Shown here: positions 27,591-37,225 of the stretch, piece by piece
How positions within the stretch are numbered: the stretch's first letter is position 1
Layout: the number at the start of each line of letters is the position of its first letter
Source of the DNA: an uncultured Bacteroidales bacterium
Lineage (GTDB): Bacteria; Bacteroidota; Bacteroidia; Bacteroidales; Muribaculaceae
DNA length: 64,000 nucleotides
Direction: 5' to 3'
Assembly: GCA_902772455.1 (NCBI GenBank)
Contig: CACYAW010000001.1
Span: 95,001-159,000, forward strand
Program-made: the position numbers and the translations under genes
The notes under the pieces: generated by a model
Told to the model about the DNA's origin: nothing
Database searches by the model: none
The model's input: only the letters and a program-made list of their open reading frames with translations

Positions 27591-29120
27591 ATGATTTATA
27601 ACGTCCTGTCATATCTTGAGGATACAGCCCGCCGTTTTCCTGATAAAATGGCGCTGGCTGACGACAAGACTGCCCTCACCTTTGCCCAGTGGCTGTCGAT
27701 GGCGCAGGCTATCGGCACCCAAGTCGCCCGCCAGACTAGCGCCGTGCGCCGTCCCGTGCTGGTGTTTGTTGACCGTAAGGTGGAGTGTCTGGTTGGTTTT
27801 ATGGGCGTGGTCGAGAGCGGCAATTTCTATGTGCCCATCGACAATAAGATGCCCAGTGAGCGCATCCGCCTCATCGTTGACGTGCTCGATCCCGTTGCCG
27901 CCATCACAGTGACTGACAAGGATGCTCAGGTGTTGCAATCCATCGGTTTTCAGGGCGTAATTATAGATTACAATACCGTTATCGGTCAGGACGTCGATGA
28001 GGCGCTGTTGTCTGGCATTCGTGGGCAGATGATTGACACCGATCCGTTGTATGCCATCTTCACCAGCGGCTCGACGGGAGTGCCCAAAGGGGTTGTCGTC
28101 AGCCATCGTGGTGTGATTGACCTGGCCGAGTGGCTTGTGGGACGTTTTGGCTTTGACGAGACCGATGCGCTGGGCAACCAGACGCCGTTCTATTTCGACG
28201 GCTCGGTCAAGGATATCTACATCTGTCTCAAGACCGGTGCCACGTTGAACGTCATCGGCAAGAAATATTTCACCTTCCCCAAGTTGCTCATCCAGCTCTT
28301 GAACGAGCGTCAAATCACCACCATCCTGTGGGCGACGTCGGCCATCGTGCTGGTGGGCAACAGCAACATCCTTGACGATAATGTTCCGCAGCACCTGCGG
28401 CGCATTTTCTTTGCCGGCGAGGCCATGCCTGCCAAGCAGTTGAAGGTGTGGATGAGCAAATTGCCAGGGGTTCAGTTCATCAATCTGTACGGTCCCACCG
28501 AGATCACCGTCGATTGCACCTACTATGTGGTGGACCGCGATTTTAGTGACGACGAGTACATCCCCATTGGGCGTCCTTGCGAGAACATGCAGGTGCTCGT
28601 CTTCAACGACGAGGGCAAGCTGGTGGGCATCGACGAGCCGGGCGAGTTGTGCGTGCGTGGCACGGGAGTGGCCCTGGGCTATTATAATAATGTGGAAAAG
28701 ACTCGGGATGCTTTTGTGCAGAATCCGCTGCACAACCTTTATGAGGACAAGATTTACCGCACGGGTGACATCGTGAAGTATAACCGCTGCGGTGAACTGG
28801 AGTTTGTGTCCCGCAAGGACTTCCAGGTCAAGCACAACGGTAATCGCATCGAGTTAGGCGAGATTGAGGTGGCCGTCAACGCCCTTGACGGCGTGACGGG
28901 TGCCGCCTGCATACACGACAGCGAGGAGGACAAAATCGTGCTGTATTACACCACGGCCAGCGGCGATGAACTCGACATTATCAATCTGGTGAAGGACAAA
29001 TTGCCTAAGTACATGTTCCCTAACGTCATCAACCGCATTGATGCCATGCCCCACAACATGAACGGCAAGATCGACCGCATCGTCCTCAAGCACAACTACC
29101 AAGAACTAAAACAACAATAG
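27591..29120 (+). CDS. Stand-alone amino-acid adenylation enzyme (NRPS A-domain / DltA-like)
   Basis: Core motifs YAIFTSGSTGVPKG, FYFDGS, NLYGPTE, GELCVRG..VALGY, YRTGD, RIELGEIE, NGKIDR; no C or T domain; ATG at 27591 preferred. Confidence 0.92.
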   Translation: MIYNVLSYLEDTARRFPDKMALADDKTALTFAQWLSMAQAIGTQVARQTSAVRRPVLVFVDRKVECLVGFMGVVESGNFYVPIDNKMPSERIRLIVDVLDPVAAITVTDKDAQVLQSIGFQGVIIDYNTVIGQDVDEALLSGIRGQMIDTDPLYAIFTSGSTGVPKGVVVSHRGVIDLAEWLVGRFGFDETDALGNQTPFYFDGSVKDIYICLKTGATLNVIGKKYFTFPKLLIQLLNERQITTILWATSAIVLVGNSNILDDNVPQHLRRIFFAGEAMPAKQLKVWMSKLPGVQFINLYGPTEITVDCTYYVVDRDFSDDEYIPIGRPCENMQVLVFNDEGKLVGIDEPGELCVRGTGVALGYYNNVEKTRDAFVQNPLHNLYEDKIYRTGDIVKYNRCGELEFVSRKDFQVKHNGNRIELGEIEVAVNALDGVTGAACIHDSEEDKIVLYYTTASGDELDIINLVKDKLPKYMFPNVINRIDAMPHNMNGKIDRIVLKHNYQELKQQ

Positions 29121-29204
29121 GATCTTGTTCCAGTTTAACAACAGATTGTTCTGATCAATCTGATTTTCAGAACACTTAGATTCTTCAGTTGTTTTTAAGT
29201 AATT

Positions 29205-30014
29205 ATGGAGCAGTTGACCACAATAGAACAGTATAACAGCATTGCCGAGCGCTACCGCCGCCTGGGATGCTTTAGTAATGACTATCTGCAAGCTCGTGCC
29301 GAAGGGCTGATTGCCCGTGGACTGCTGTCGGCTGAATGGACTAACAACAATGCCTACCTGCTGGAGAGTAAAGACGGTTTCTATCGCCTGTACTACTACC
29401 TCAATGACCTGGAGGCTGACGATAAGCCTCAATTCCCCGGTGATGTGGTAACCGAAATCCTGTATCGTGGCCCGGCGCGTTACCCCAAGGCCGAGGTGGT
29501 TTTCCTCGAGCGCATGGGCTTCAATCCCAACCTGGTGCGCGACCAGTATGCGGCCGTCTATCGGGATCTGGCCCCTGCAGGCGATAACAAGGAGGTCACA
29601 GTGCGGCCCGCACTCGACATGAGCGAGGTGCAGTGGGCATGCCAGCTGTTCAATGTGACGTTTGACCGCTATAGCGGCGATTTCATCCCCGAAGAGAGTT
29701 ATGGCGGTTTACTTGCCACCGACAGCATCCTGGTGGCGATGGACAACATCGGCAACAGGGTGGGGGCGCTGCATCAGACCGTGGAACGTAACGTCGCTTG
29801 GATTTCACATGTCGCCGTCGTGCCCGCGGCACGAGGTCACCATGTAGGGGCTGCGCTGGTGGACGCCTTCGTCGAGCGCAACCACACCAGTGACAAGAGC
29901 CGCTATATGCTGTGGGTGCAGCAGCAGAACACCGCCGCTGTGGCCATGTACAAGAAAAAAGGCTTCACCAACTTGGGCAAATCCACCCTCTCTCTCATCA
30001 GAACTACGAATTAA
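29205..30014 (+). CDS. GNAT-family acyltransferase
   Basis: C-terminal VAVVPAARGHHVG and NTAAVAMYKKKGF motifs. Confidence 0.8.
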   Translation: MEQLTTIEQYNSIAERYRRLGCFSNDYLQARAEGLIARGLLSAEWTNNNAYLLESKDGFYRLYYYLNDLEADDKPQFPGDVVTEILYRGPARYPKAEVVFLERMGFNPNLVRDQYAAVYRDLAPAGDNKEVTVRPALDMSEVQWACQLFNVTFDRYSGDFIPEESYGGLLATDSILVAMDNIGNRVGALHQTVERNVAWISHVAVVPAARGHHVGAALVDAFVERNHTSDKSRYMLWVQQQNTAAVAMYKKKGFTNLGKSTLSLIRTTN

Positions 30015-30049
30015 ACTAAATAAACGAAATTGTTGTTTTCCTTTTTATT

Positions 30050-30271
30050 ATGGATAAACTGTTAAAGATAATGAAGGGCATTCGCCCAGACGTGGATTTC
30101 GAGAACGAGACCGAACTGATTGACGACGGCATTCTCGACTCGTTTGACGTTGTTTCCATCATCAGCGAAATCGATGACGCCTTCGGTGTCCAGATACGTA
30201 TCAACGAGCTCGACCCCGAGAACTTCAATTCGGCCGAAGCCATCTGGTCCCTTATCCAAAAGCTGAAATAA
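30050..30271 (+). CDS. Acyl/aminoacyl carrier protein (DltC-like, copy 1)
   Basis: 73 aa, acidic, LIDDGILDSFD phosphopantetheine serine motif. Confidence 0.9.
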   Translation: MDKLLKIMKGIRPDVDFENETELIDDGILDSFDVVSIISEIDDAFGVQIRINELDPENFNSAEAIWSLIQKLK

Positions 30272-30280
30272 ACAACGATT

Positions 30281-31435
30281 ATGATTGACGACATCATCAG
30301 GCATTATCCGGGTGAGGACGAGGTGTCCTATATCAAACGCAAAGCCTATTATTATAGGATATTGGGTCCTCGCACGAGGGTGGGATGTTATGTTCTTGTC
30401 AACCAAGATGTTAATTACCTCCCATTAAGTGCTGCGGAAACAAAAGCAATTGATGCGTTTTGGGACAGGTATTTGTCGCCGTCGATTCGTGAAAAGCTGA
30501 TAGATTACAGGTACTACAGCGTCTATAAGACGGTTATCAAAGAGGATGAAAACCTGTTGGATTATATACCTGATTCATTTTATCAGACTTTCATTGATGA
30601 TTATTACAGCAATCCCCAGGAATCCAAGCCCTGTGATGACAAAAATCTGTATGACCTGTACTTTCATGACATCAACAGGCCCAAAACCGTCTTCCGGAAA
30701 ACAAAGGGGCAATACCTTGACGAGAATTATGAAGTGATTTCGCTGGAAGATGCGTTGAAAAAGGCGAAATCCAGGAATGAGGTGATTCTCAAGATTGCCA
30801 AGTTCTCGGGTGGAGGTCACGGGGTGATGTTCTGGGATGCCAAGTCGTCCAGCGTGGACCAACTAATGGAATTTTTAAACAGTTCTGATAGAATCGTTTG
30901 CCAAGAAGTCCTTCGTCAACATGAAGTGCTGAATCGTGTGAATCCGACCAGCGTGAATACATTGAGAATAGTGACTTTCATGTTTAACGGCAAGGTGAAT
31001 ATCCTGTCGAGCGTCTTGAGGATGGGCCGGAATGGCTCTCGTGTTGACAATGCGAGCAGTGGAGGCATTGTGTGCGGTATCAAGCCAAACGGCCAATTAA
31101 AGAATGTGGCCTATGACACGGCAGCTAACGTATACTATAAACATCCTCAAGGAACTGAGTTTGAGAGTATAGTCATACCCAATTATGTCGATTGCACTAA
31201 CCTGGTGACAACTTTGGCCAAAAGGTTTTCTTCGGTGTCAAGGTTGATTTCTTGGGACCTAGCCATTGGCGAAGATGGTCAGCCAATATTGATTGAAAGC
31301 AATGTTACTTTTGGGGAATTGGATTTCCATCAGTTGTGCAATGGCCCTATTTTTGGTGCCTTGACCGAAGAGGTTCTGGCGGATGTGTTTGCCAACAGCT
31401 ATACGTTAAATTCTGTCATTAAATCATTTATATAA
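30281..31435 (+). CDS. Sugar-transfer-associated ATP-grasp protein, tandem paralogue 1
   Basis: DDKNLY, QEVLRQH, NPTSVNTLR, RMG..VDNASSGG, ISWDLAI, IESN. Confidence 0.85.
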   Translation: MIDDIIRHYPGEDEVSYIKRKAYYYRILGPRTRVGCYVLVNQDVNYLPLSAAETKAIDAFWDRYLSPSIREKLIDYRYYSVYKTVIKEDENLLDYIPDSFYQTFIDDYYSNPQESKPCDDKNLYDLYFHDINRPKTVFRKTKGQYLDENYEVISLEDALKKAKSRNEVILKIAKFSGGGHGVMFWDAKSSSVDQLMEFLNSSDRIVCQEVLRQHEVLNRVNPTSVNTLRIVTFMFNGKVNILSSVLRMGRNGSRVDNASSGGIVCGIKPNGQLKNVAYDTAANVYYKHPQGTEFESIVIPNYVDCTNLVTTLAKRFSSVSRLISWDLAIGEDGQPILIESNVTFGELDFHQLCNGPIFGALTEEVLADVFANSYTLNSVIKSFI

Positions 31436-31440
31436 AATCT

Positions 31441-32595
31441 ATGACATACGACATTATCAAACCGTTTTCTGGTGAAAGTGAAGAATCTTTTGCAAAACGA
31501 AAAGCCTATTATATAAGGATCTTAAAGAATCGTTTTGAATTTAGCACAATGAATTTAGAGAGAAAATTGCACAATGCAGTCCCCATTACGGCTCAAGATC
31601 GTGAAGAACTTGACGAGTTTTGGGATCAATATATGTCTCCAGAACTTCAAACGAAATTGATCGACTATCGTTATTATGACATGTATAATTGTGCTAGACG
31701 ACAGGGTGAACCTATCTATCAATACATACCCGATACTTTTTTCCAGCCATTTGTGGATGACTATTTTACTAATCCTCAAGATTCAATGCCATGTGATGAT
31801 AAGAACTTGTATGACATGTATTTTCATGATCTCAAGCGACCTAAAACAGTATTTAGATATATAAAAGGCTTATTTTTAGATGAGGATTATAAGGAATTGA
31901 CAATTAAAGAGGTAATAAATAGATGCCGGGATTGTGGGGAAGTTGTATTAAAGCCAGCAAGGTTCACAACGGGTGGTAGAGGTATATTATTTTGGAGAGC
32001 AGAAACAGATGGTTTAGACAAATTATTGGATTATCTGCAGAACATCAAATTTGTAATCTGCCAAGAAATCATCAAGCAGCATAATGAGCTTAATCGATTG
32101 AGCGTAAATAGTGTTAACTCTGTTAGGATCATGACATTACTTTTCGACAATGAGGTGCATCTATTGTCGAGTGTCTTGAGAATGGGGACGAATACAGCTA
32201 GAGTTGATAACTTCACTAATGGTGGTATTGCGGCTGGCATCAAGCCCAATGGTCAGTTAAAAAATGTCGCCTATGATGTGTGTGCCAATAAATACGAACA
32301 GCATCCATTAGGGACGGCTTTTGAAAGCGTTATAGTACCCAGCTACAGCCAATGTGTAGATATCGTGAAAATATTTGCAAAAAGATTTGCAATGGTTTCA
32401 AGGCAAATCTCATGGGATTTTGCGATAGATGAGGCTGGTAATCCTTTAATCGTAGAGTTTAATTTGTCCCGTGGTGGTATTGATGTTCATCAGTTATGTA
32501 ATGGTTCAATTTATGGTGACATGACTAAACCTATTTTTGATGAGGTTTTTGCCAACAGCTACACGTTGAATTCCATCATCAAATCATATCAATAG
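31441..32595 (+). CDS. Sugar-transfer-associated ATP-grasp protein, tandem paralogue 2
   Basis: DDKNLY, KPARFTTGGRG, VDNFTNGG, SWDFAI, VEFN. Confidence 0.85.
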   Translation: MTYDIIKPFSGESEESFAKRKAYYIRILKNRFEFSTMNLERKLHNAVPITAQDREELDEFWDQYMSPELQTKLIDYRYYDMYNCARRQGEPIYQYIPDTFFQPFVDDYFTNPQDSMPCDDKNLYDMYFHDLKRPKTVFRYIKGLFLDEDYKELTIKEVINRCRDCGEVVLKPARFTTGGRGILFWRAETDGLDKLLDYLQNIKFVICQEIIKQHNELNRLSVNSVNSVRIMTLLFDNEVHLLSSVLRMGTNTARVDNFTNGGIAAGIKPNGQLKNVAYDVCANKYEQHPLGTAFESVIVPSYSQCVDIVKIFAKRFAMVSRQISWDFAIDEAGNPLIVEFNLSRGGIDVHQLCNGSIYGDMTKPIFDEVFANSYTLNSIIKSYQ

Positions 32596-32598
32596 CAT

Positions 32599-33753
32599 AT
32601 GATAGACGACATTATTAGGCCCTATCCCGGAGAAGACGAATTTTCTTTCGAAAAGAGGAAAGTCTATTTTAATAGGCTTTTAAGAATTCGCTTTGTAGGA
32701 GGAGATTATCGAATAAGGGAAATGGTAAAAAAGGCTGTTCCTCTTGATGCTAATGAAAAGAAGCGGATTGATGATATCTGGGCACCTTATCTTCCTGTAG
32801 CGCTGCGTGACGAGGTTGTTGATTACAGGTATTATGAAGCTTACAAAGGGCTTAAATCAGAGGAAGATGACCTGTTTAAGTATATGCCGGATTCTTTTTT
32901 TAAGACATTCATTGACGACTATTTTACCAACCCTCAGGAGTCTAGGCCTTGTGATGACAAGAATATATATGATTTGTATTTCCATGACGTGGAACGGCCT
33001 AAGGTGCTTTTTAGGAAAATCAAGAATATATATTTAGATTCCGAATTCAATGAGATTTCATTGAACGAGATCATCAGGATTGCTAAAGCTCAACCTGAGG
33101 TCATCTGCAAGGTTGCAAAGTTTTCGATGGCTGGTAGTGGCATTTTGATTTGGAATTCGGAGCGTGATGATGAAGCAAAGTTAGTGGAATTCCTGCAGTC
33201 TGCAAATTACATCATTTGTCAAGCCATGCTCAAGCAGCATAGTGAGTTAAGCCGTTTGAATCCGACTAGTGTCAATACCATCAGAATTTTCACATTATTG
33301 TTCCAAGGCGAAGTCCATGTCCTATCGGCTATAGTTCGTATGGGGCGTAATGGTTCACGGCTTGACAATGCCAGCCAAGGAGGCATCGTGTGTGGTATCA
33401 AGCCCAATGGACAATTGAAGGATGTGGCTTGGAATGTTTTTGGCGATAAGTTCACGGTTCATCCTCTTGGTGTGATGTTCAATAGCGTAACCATCCCCAA
33501 TTACTATGAGTGCATCGACTTGGTGAAATCATTGGCCAAGCGAATGAGCTCCATCTCAAGGTTGATTTCGTGGGATTTGGCTATCAACGAGGCTGGTCAT
33601 CCGGTATTCATTGAATGCAATTTAACATGGACAGGAACGGAATCTCTGCAAATTCCAAATGGGCCGTTGTTGGGTGATTTGGCCAATGAGGTATTAAAAG
33701 AAGTATTTGCCAACAGTTATACGTTAAATTCAATTATTAAGTCATTCCGATAA
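32599..33753 (+). CDS. Sugar-transfer-associated ATP-grasp protein, tandem paralogue 3
   Basis: DDKNIY, KFSMAGSG, LDNASQGG, SWDLAI, IECN. Confidence 0.85.
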   Translation: MIDDIIRPYPGEDEFSFEKRKVYFNRLLRIRFVGGDYRIREMVKKAVPLDANEKKRIDDIWAPYLPVALRDEVVDYRYYEAYKGLKSEEDDLFKYMPDSFFKTFIDDYFTNPQESRPCDDKNIYDLYFHDVERPKVLFRKIKNIYLDSEFNEISLNEIIRIAKAQPEVICKVAKFSMAGSGILIWNSERDDEAKLVEFLQSANYIICQAMLKQHSELSRLNPTSVNTIRIFTLLFQGEVHVLSAIVRMGRNGSRLDNASQGGIVCGIKPNGQLKDVAWNVFGDKFTVHPLGVMFNSVTIPNYYECIDLVKSLAKRMSSISRLISWDLAINEAGHPVFIECNLTWTGTESLQIPNGPLLGDLANEVLKEVFANSYTLNSIIKSFR

Positions 33754-33756
33754 AAT

Positions 33757-34914
33757 ATGATAGATTTTGAATTAAGACCCTATCCTGGCGAGGACAAGGA
33801 TGCTTTTATCAAAAGAAAAGCTTACTTTATCAGGATACTCAGGCGACGTAAGGATTTGAGTTCATGGTATATACCGAAAGCATTAGTCAACAATAATAAA
33901 CCTATAAGTGCTAGAGATAAAGAATTAATAGACGCTTTTTGGGGACGTTATTTGTCTGAGGATTTGAGGAACCATATAGTGGATTATGGATATTATGATA
34001 TTTATAATAACGTATTGACTCCAGGCGAACACCTCTGTTATTATATACCCGATTCTTTCTACCAAACTTTTATTGATGATTACTACACCAACCCTCAGCA
34101 TTCGTTTCCTTGTGATGACAAGAACCTGTACGACCTGTATTTTCATGATGTGAATAGACCGGAAACGATCTTTAGGAAAACCAGCGATTTTATCCTTGAT
34201 GGAAACTATCATGAAATTTCATTAAGAGAAGCCATTGACAGGTGTAAAGCTGAAAATGAGGTAATCTTGAAGAAAGGGAAGTTTTCTATGGCAGGAAAGG
34301 GTATTATGATTTGGAATGCTCAGCAGTCTGAGAAAGATTTGTTGGATTTTCTTAATGAGTCTCCTGATGTAGTTTGCCAGCGGATGATCAAGCAGCATGC
34401 CGAGTTGAGTCGTATTAATCCAACAAGTGTCAATACTGTTCGTATCATGACATTAGTATTCAAGGGGCAAGTCCATGTTTTGTCCCGTGTACTGAGAATG
34501 GGAGTCAATGGTTCTAGGGTTGATAATGCCAGTCAAGGTGGCATCGTTTGCGGTATAAAGCCCGATGGACAACTTAAGAATGAGGCATATAATACCTATG
34601 GCAAGAGGTTCCCGGTACATCCTCAAGGCCTAGAATTTGAGAGTGTAAAGATACCTAACTTTAACGAATGTACTGAGCTTGTCATGAACTTGGCGAAAAG
34701 ATTTTCCTCACTCTCTCGATTAATATCTTGGGACCTAGCAATTGACGAAGCTGGCCATCCATTGTTAATTGAGTTTAATCTGACCTTCGGCGAGTTGGAT
34801 TTCCATCAGTTTTGCAATGGCCCAATATTTGGAGAATTGACCGAAGATGTGCTGGCGGATGTCTTTGCCAATAGTTACACATTGAAATCCATCATTAAAT
34901 CGTTCAAGAACTGA
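33757..34914 (+). CDS. Sugar-transfer-associated ATP-grasp protein, tandem paralogue 4
   Basis: DDKNLY, KFSMAGKG, VDNASQGG, SWDLAI, IEFN. Confidence 0.85.
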   Translation: MIDFELRPYPGEDKDAFIKRKAYFIRILRRRKDLSSWYIPKALVNNNKPISARDKELIDAFWGRYLSEDLRNHIVDYGYYDIYNNVLTPGEHLCYYIPDSFYQTFIDDYYTNPQHSFPCDDKNLYDLYFHDVNRPETIFRKTSDFILDGNYHEISLREAIDRCKAENEVILKKGKFSMAGKGIMIWNAQQSEKDLLDFLNESPDVVCQRMIKQHAELSRINPTSVNTVRIMTLVFKGQVHVLSRVLRMGVNGSRVDNASQGGIVCGIKPDGQLKNEAYNTYGKRFPVHPQGLEFESVKIPNFNECTELVMNLAKRFSSLSRLISWDLAIDEAGHPLLIEFNLTFGELDFHQFCNGPIFGELTEDVLADVFANSYTLKSIIKSFKN

Positions 34915-36068
34915 TGATAGACTTTATAAAACCTTATCCTGGAGAGGACGAATTATCCTATTGGAAAAGAAGGGTATATTTCCTGAGGGAGGTGCAATAT
35001 CGCATTGATTATCAGAATAAAGAGATTCTGAAGAAATTATCGAATGCGATGGCATTAACTCCGCAAGAGAAAGCAGAGATTGATGCTTTTTGGGGCCGAT
35101 ATCTTCCTGGATGTTTAAAGGAGTCATTCCTTGATTACCGGTTTTATGAATTCTATAAGACAGTAAAAAAGGCTAGAGAACGTTTGTGTGACTATATACC
35201 CGATAACTTTTATGAGGCATTCATTGATGAATACTTCACAGATCCTCAGCACACAAGGCCATTTGATGACAAGAATCTGTATGATGTTTATTTCCATGAT
35301 GTGCCTCAGCCGAAGACGATCTTCCGCAAAATCCGCGACTCCTATCTGGATGCGAATTATAGGATCATCACCCAAGAATATGCCATTGAAGCGGCTCTTG
35401 GTGCTGAAGAGGTTATATTAAAAGTCGGAAAGTACTCATGCGCAGGAAAAGGTGTAAAGTTTTGGAATAAGTCTATAAACGACAAGCATGAAATCATTGA
35501 TTTCTGTGACGATTCAGCTAATGTTACTTGTCAAGAGGTAATCAAGCAGCATGCAGAATTGAGTAGGCTTAATCCTAGTAGTATCAATACTGTTAGAGTG
35601 TTGACACTGTTTTTCGATAATCAGGTTCATGTCCTGTCAAGTGTCCTGCGGATGGGTGTGAATGGCTCAAGAGTGGATAATGCTTCCAGTGGCGGAATCG
35701 TTTGCGGTATCCATGAGACTGGACAATTAAAAGGGGAGGCTTTTGATACAATGGGCAATAGGTATTTAAAGCATCCTCAAGGGACGAATTTTGAGAGTGT
35801 AACAATCCCTAATTTCTCTTACTTTATTGATTTGTCCATTTCATTAGCGGAGCGGTTCTCATCTATGTCAAGACTGATCTCGTGGGACTTTGCTGTTGGG
35901 GAATCTGGCGAGCCTATTTTGATAGAATTCAATATTTCTCATGGACAACTGGATTTCCATCAGTTGTGCAATGGCCCGATTTTTGGTGATTTGACCGAAG
36001 ACGTTTTGAAGGATGTTTTTACCAACAGTTATACGTTGAAATCAATCATTAAATCATTCAAAAACTGA
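34914..36068 (+). CDS. Sugar-transfer-associated ATP-grasp protein, tandem paralogue 5
   Basis: DDKNLY, KYSCAGKG, VDNASSGG, SWDFAV, IEFN; TGATG overlap with paralogue 4. Confidence 0.85.
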   Translation: MIDFIKPYPGEDELSYWKRRVYFLREVQYRIDYQNKEILKKLSNAMALTPQEKAEIDAFWGRYLPGCLKESFLDYRFYEFYKTVKKARERLCDYIPDNFYEAFIDEYFTDPQHTRPFDDKNLYDVYFHDVPQPKTIFRKIRDSYLDANYRIITQEYAIEAALGAEEVILKVGKYSCAGKGVKFWNKSINDKHEIIDFCDDSANVTCQEVIKQHAELSRLNPSSINTVRVLTLFFDNQVHVLSSVLRMGVNGSRVDNASSGGIVCGIHETGQLKGEAFDTMGNRYLKHPQGTNFESVTIPNFSYFIDLSISLAERFSSMSRLISWDFAVGESGEPILIEFNISHGQLDFHQLCNGPIFGDLTEDVLKDVFTNSYTLKSIIKSFKN

Positions 36069-37222
36069 TGATAGACTTTGATATAAAACCCTATCCTGGC
36101 GAGGATGAGATATCTGTGTTGAAACGAAAGGTTTACTTTATTAGGGAAGTAAAACCGCGCATCGACTATCAGAAAAAATCGATTCAAGAAAAATCGTTGA
36201 ATTTGGTTCCTTTGACTTCGGAGGAAAAACAGGATATAGATTCATTTTGGGATAAATATCTGCCAGGCGATCTGAAAGAAAAATTCTTGGATTACAGGTA
36301 TTATGAGTTTTATAAGAATGTCTTGAAGGATGGTGAACGCTTGTGCAATTATATGCCCGATTTGTTTTATCAGGCGTTCATAGATGAGTATTTCACCAAT
36401 CCGCAGCACACAAGGCCAATTGATGACAAGAACCTCTATGACTTGTATTTCCATGATGTGCCTCGACCTAAGACTATATTCCGCAAAATCCTTAACTCCT
36501 ATCTGGATGAAGATTATAGGCCGATTTCAATGGATCGTGCCATCGAAATGGCATGCGAAACAGATGAAGTCATACTAAAGGTAGCAAAATTCTCTGCAGG
36601 CGGGGCCGGTGTGAAGTTTTGGAAAAATGGTGTAAATGAAAAACAGGAATTAATTGACTTCCTGAATTCCTCGACCAACATCGTCTGCCAGGAGGTCCTC
36701 AAGCAGCATGACGAACTCAATCGGCTCAATTCCAGTAGTGTGAATACCGTAAGGGTGATGACACTGTTATTTGATGATCAAGTCCATGTGTTGTCAAGTG
36801 TGTTGAGGATGGGCATTAATGGCTCAAGAGTGGATAATGCCAGCAGTGGAGGCATCGTGTGCGGAATCATGCCTGACGGTAGATTGAAAAATGTTGCTTT
36901 CGACATGCTGGGCAATAAGTTTTTGAAGCATCCTCAAGGAACGGCTTTTGAGAGTGTGAGAATCCCTGATTTTTCAAAGTGTCTCGAATACTCAACCTCA
37001 CTGGCGGAGAGACTATCATCGACCTCTAGATTGATGTCATGGGATTTAGCAATTGGCGAATCTGGTCATCCATTTTTAATAGAATTTAATAATTCGAGAG
37101 GGCAAATGGACTTTCATCAGTTGTGCAATGGACCATTTTTTGGAAAAATGACTGATAAGGTCTTGTCTGAAGTTTTCAGCAAGAGTTTTACGTTAAATTC
37201 CATCATCAAATCATTACAATAA
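36068..37222 (+). CDS. Sugar-transfer-associated ATP-grasp protein, tandem paralogue 6
   Basis: DDKNLY, KFSAGGAG, VDNASSGG, SWDLAI, IEFN; TGATG overlap with paralogue 5. Confidence 0.85.
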   Translation: MIDFDIKPYPGEDEISVLKRKVYFIREVKPRIDYQKKSIQEKSLNLVPLTSEEKQDIDSFWDKYLPGDLKEKFLDYRYYEFYKNVLKDGERLCNYMPDLFYQAFIDEYFTNPQHTRPIDDKNLYDLYFHDVPRPKTIFRKILNSYLDEDYRPISMDRAIEMACETDEVILKVAKFSAGGAGVKFWKNGVNEKQELIDFLNSSTNIVCQEVLKQHDELNRLNSSSVNTVRVMTLLFDDQVHVLSSVLRMGINGSRVDNASSGGIVCGIMPDGRLKNVAFDMLGNKFLKHPQGTAFESVRIPDFSKCLEYSTSLAERLSSTSRLMSWDLAIGESGHPFLIEFNNSRGQMDFHQLCNGPFFGKMTDKVLSEVFSKSFTLNSIIKSLQ

Positions 37223-37225
37223 ATC

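Noticed and set aside
27609-28835. 408-aa minus-strand ORF
   Set aside because: Antisense shadow of the adenylation enzyme
27591-30271. Canonical dlt operon
   Set aside because: No dltB or dltD, and the A-domain pocket differs from DltA
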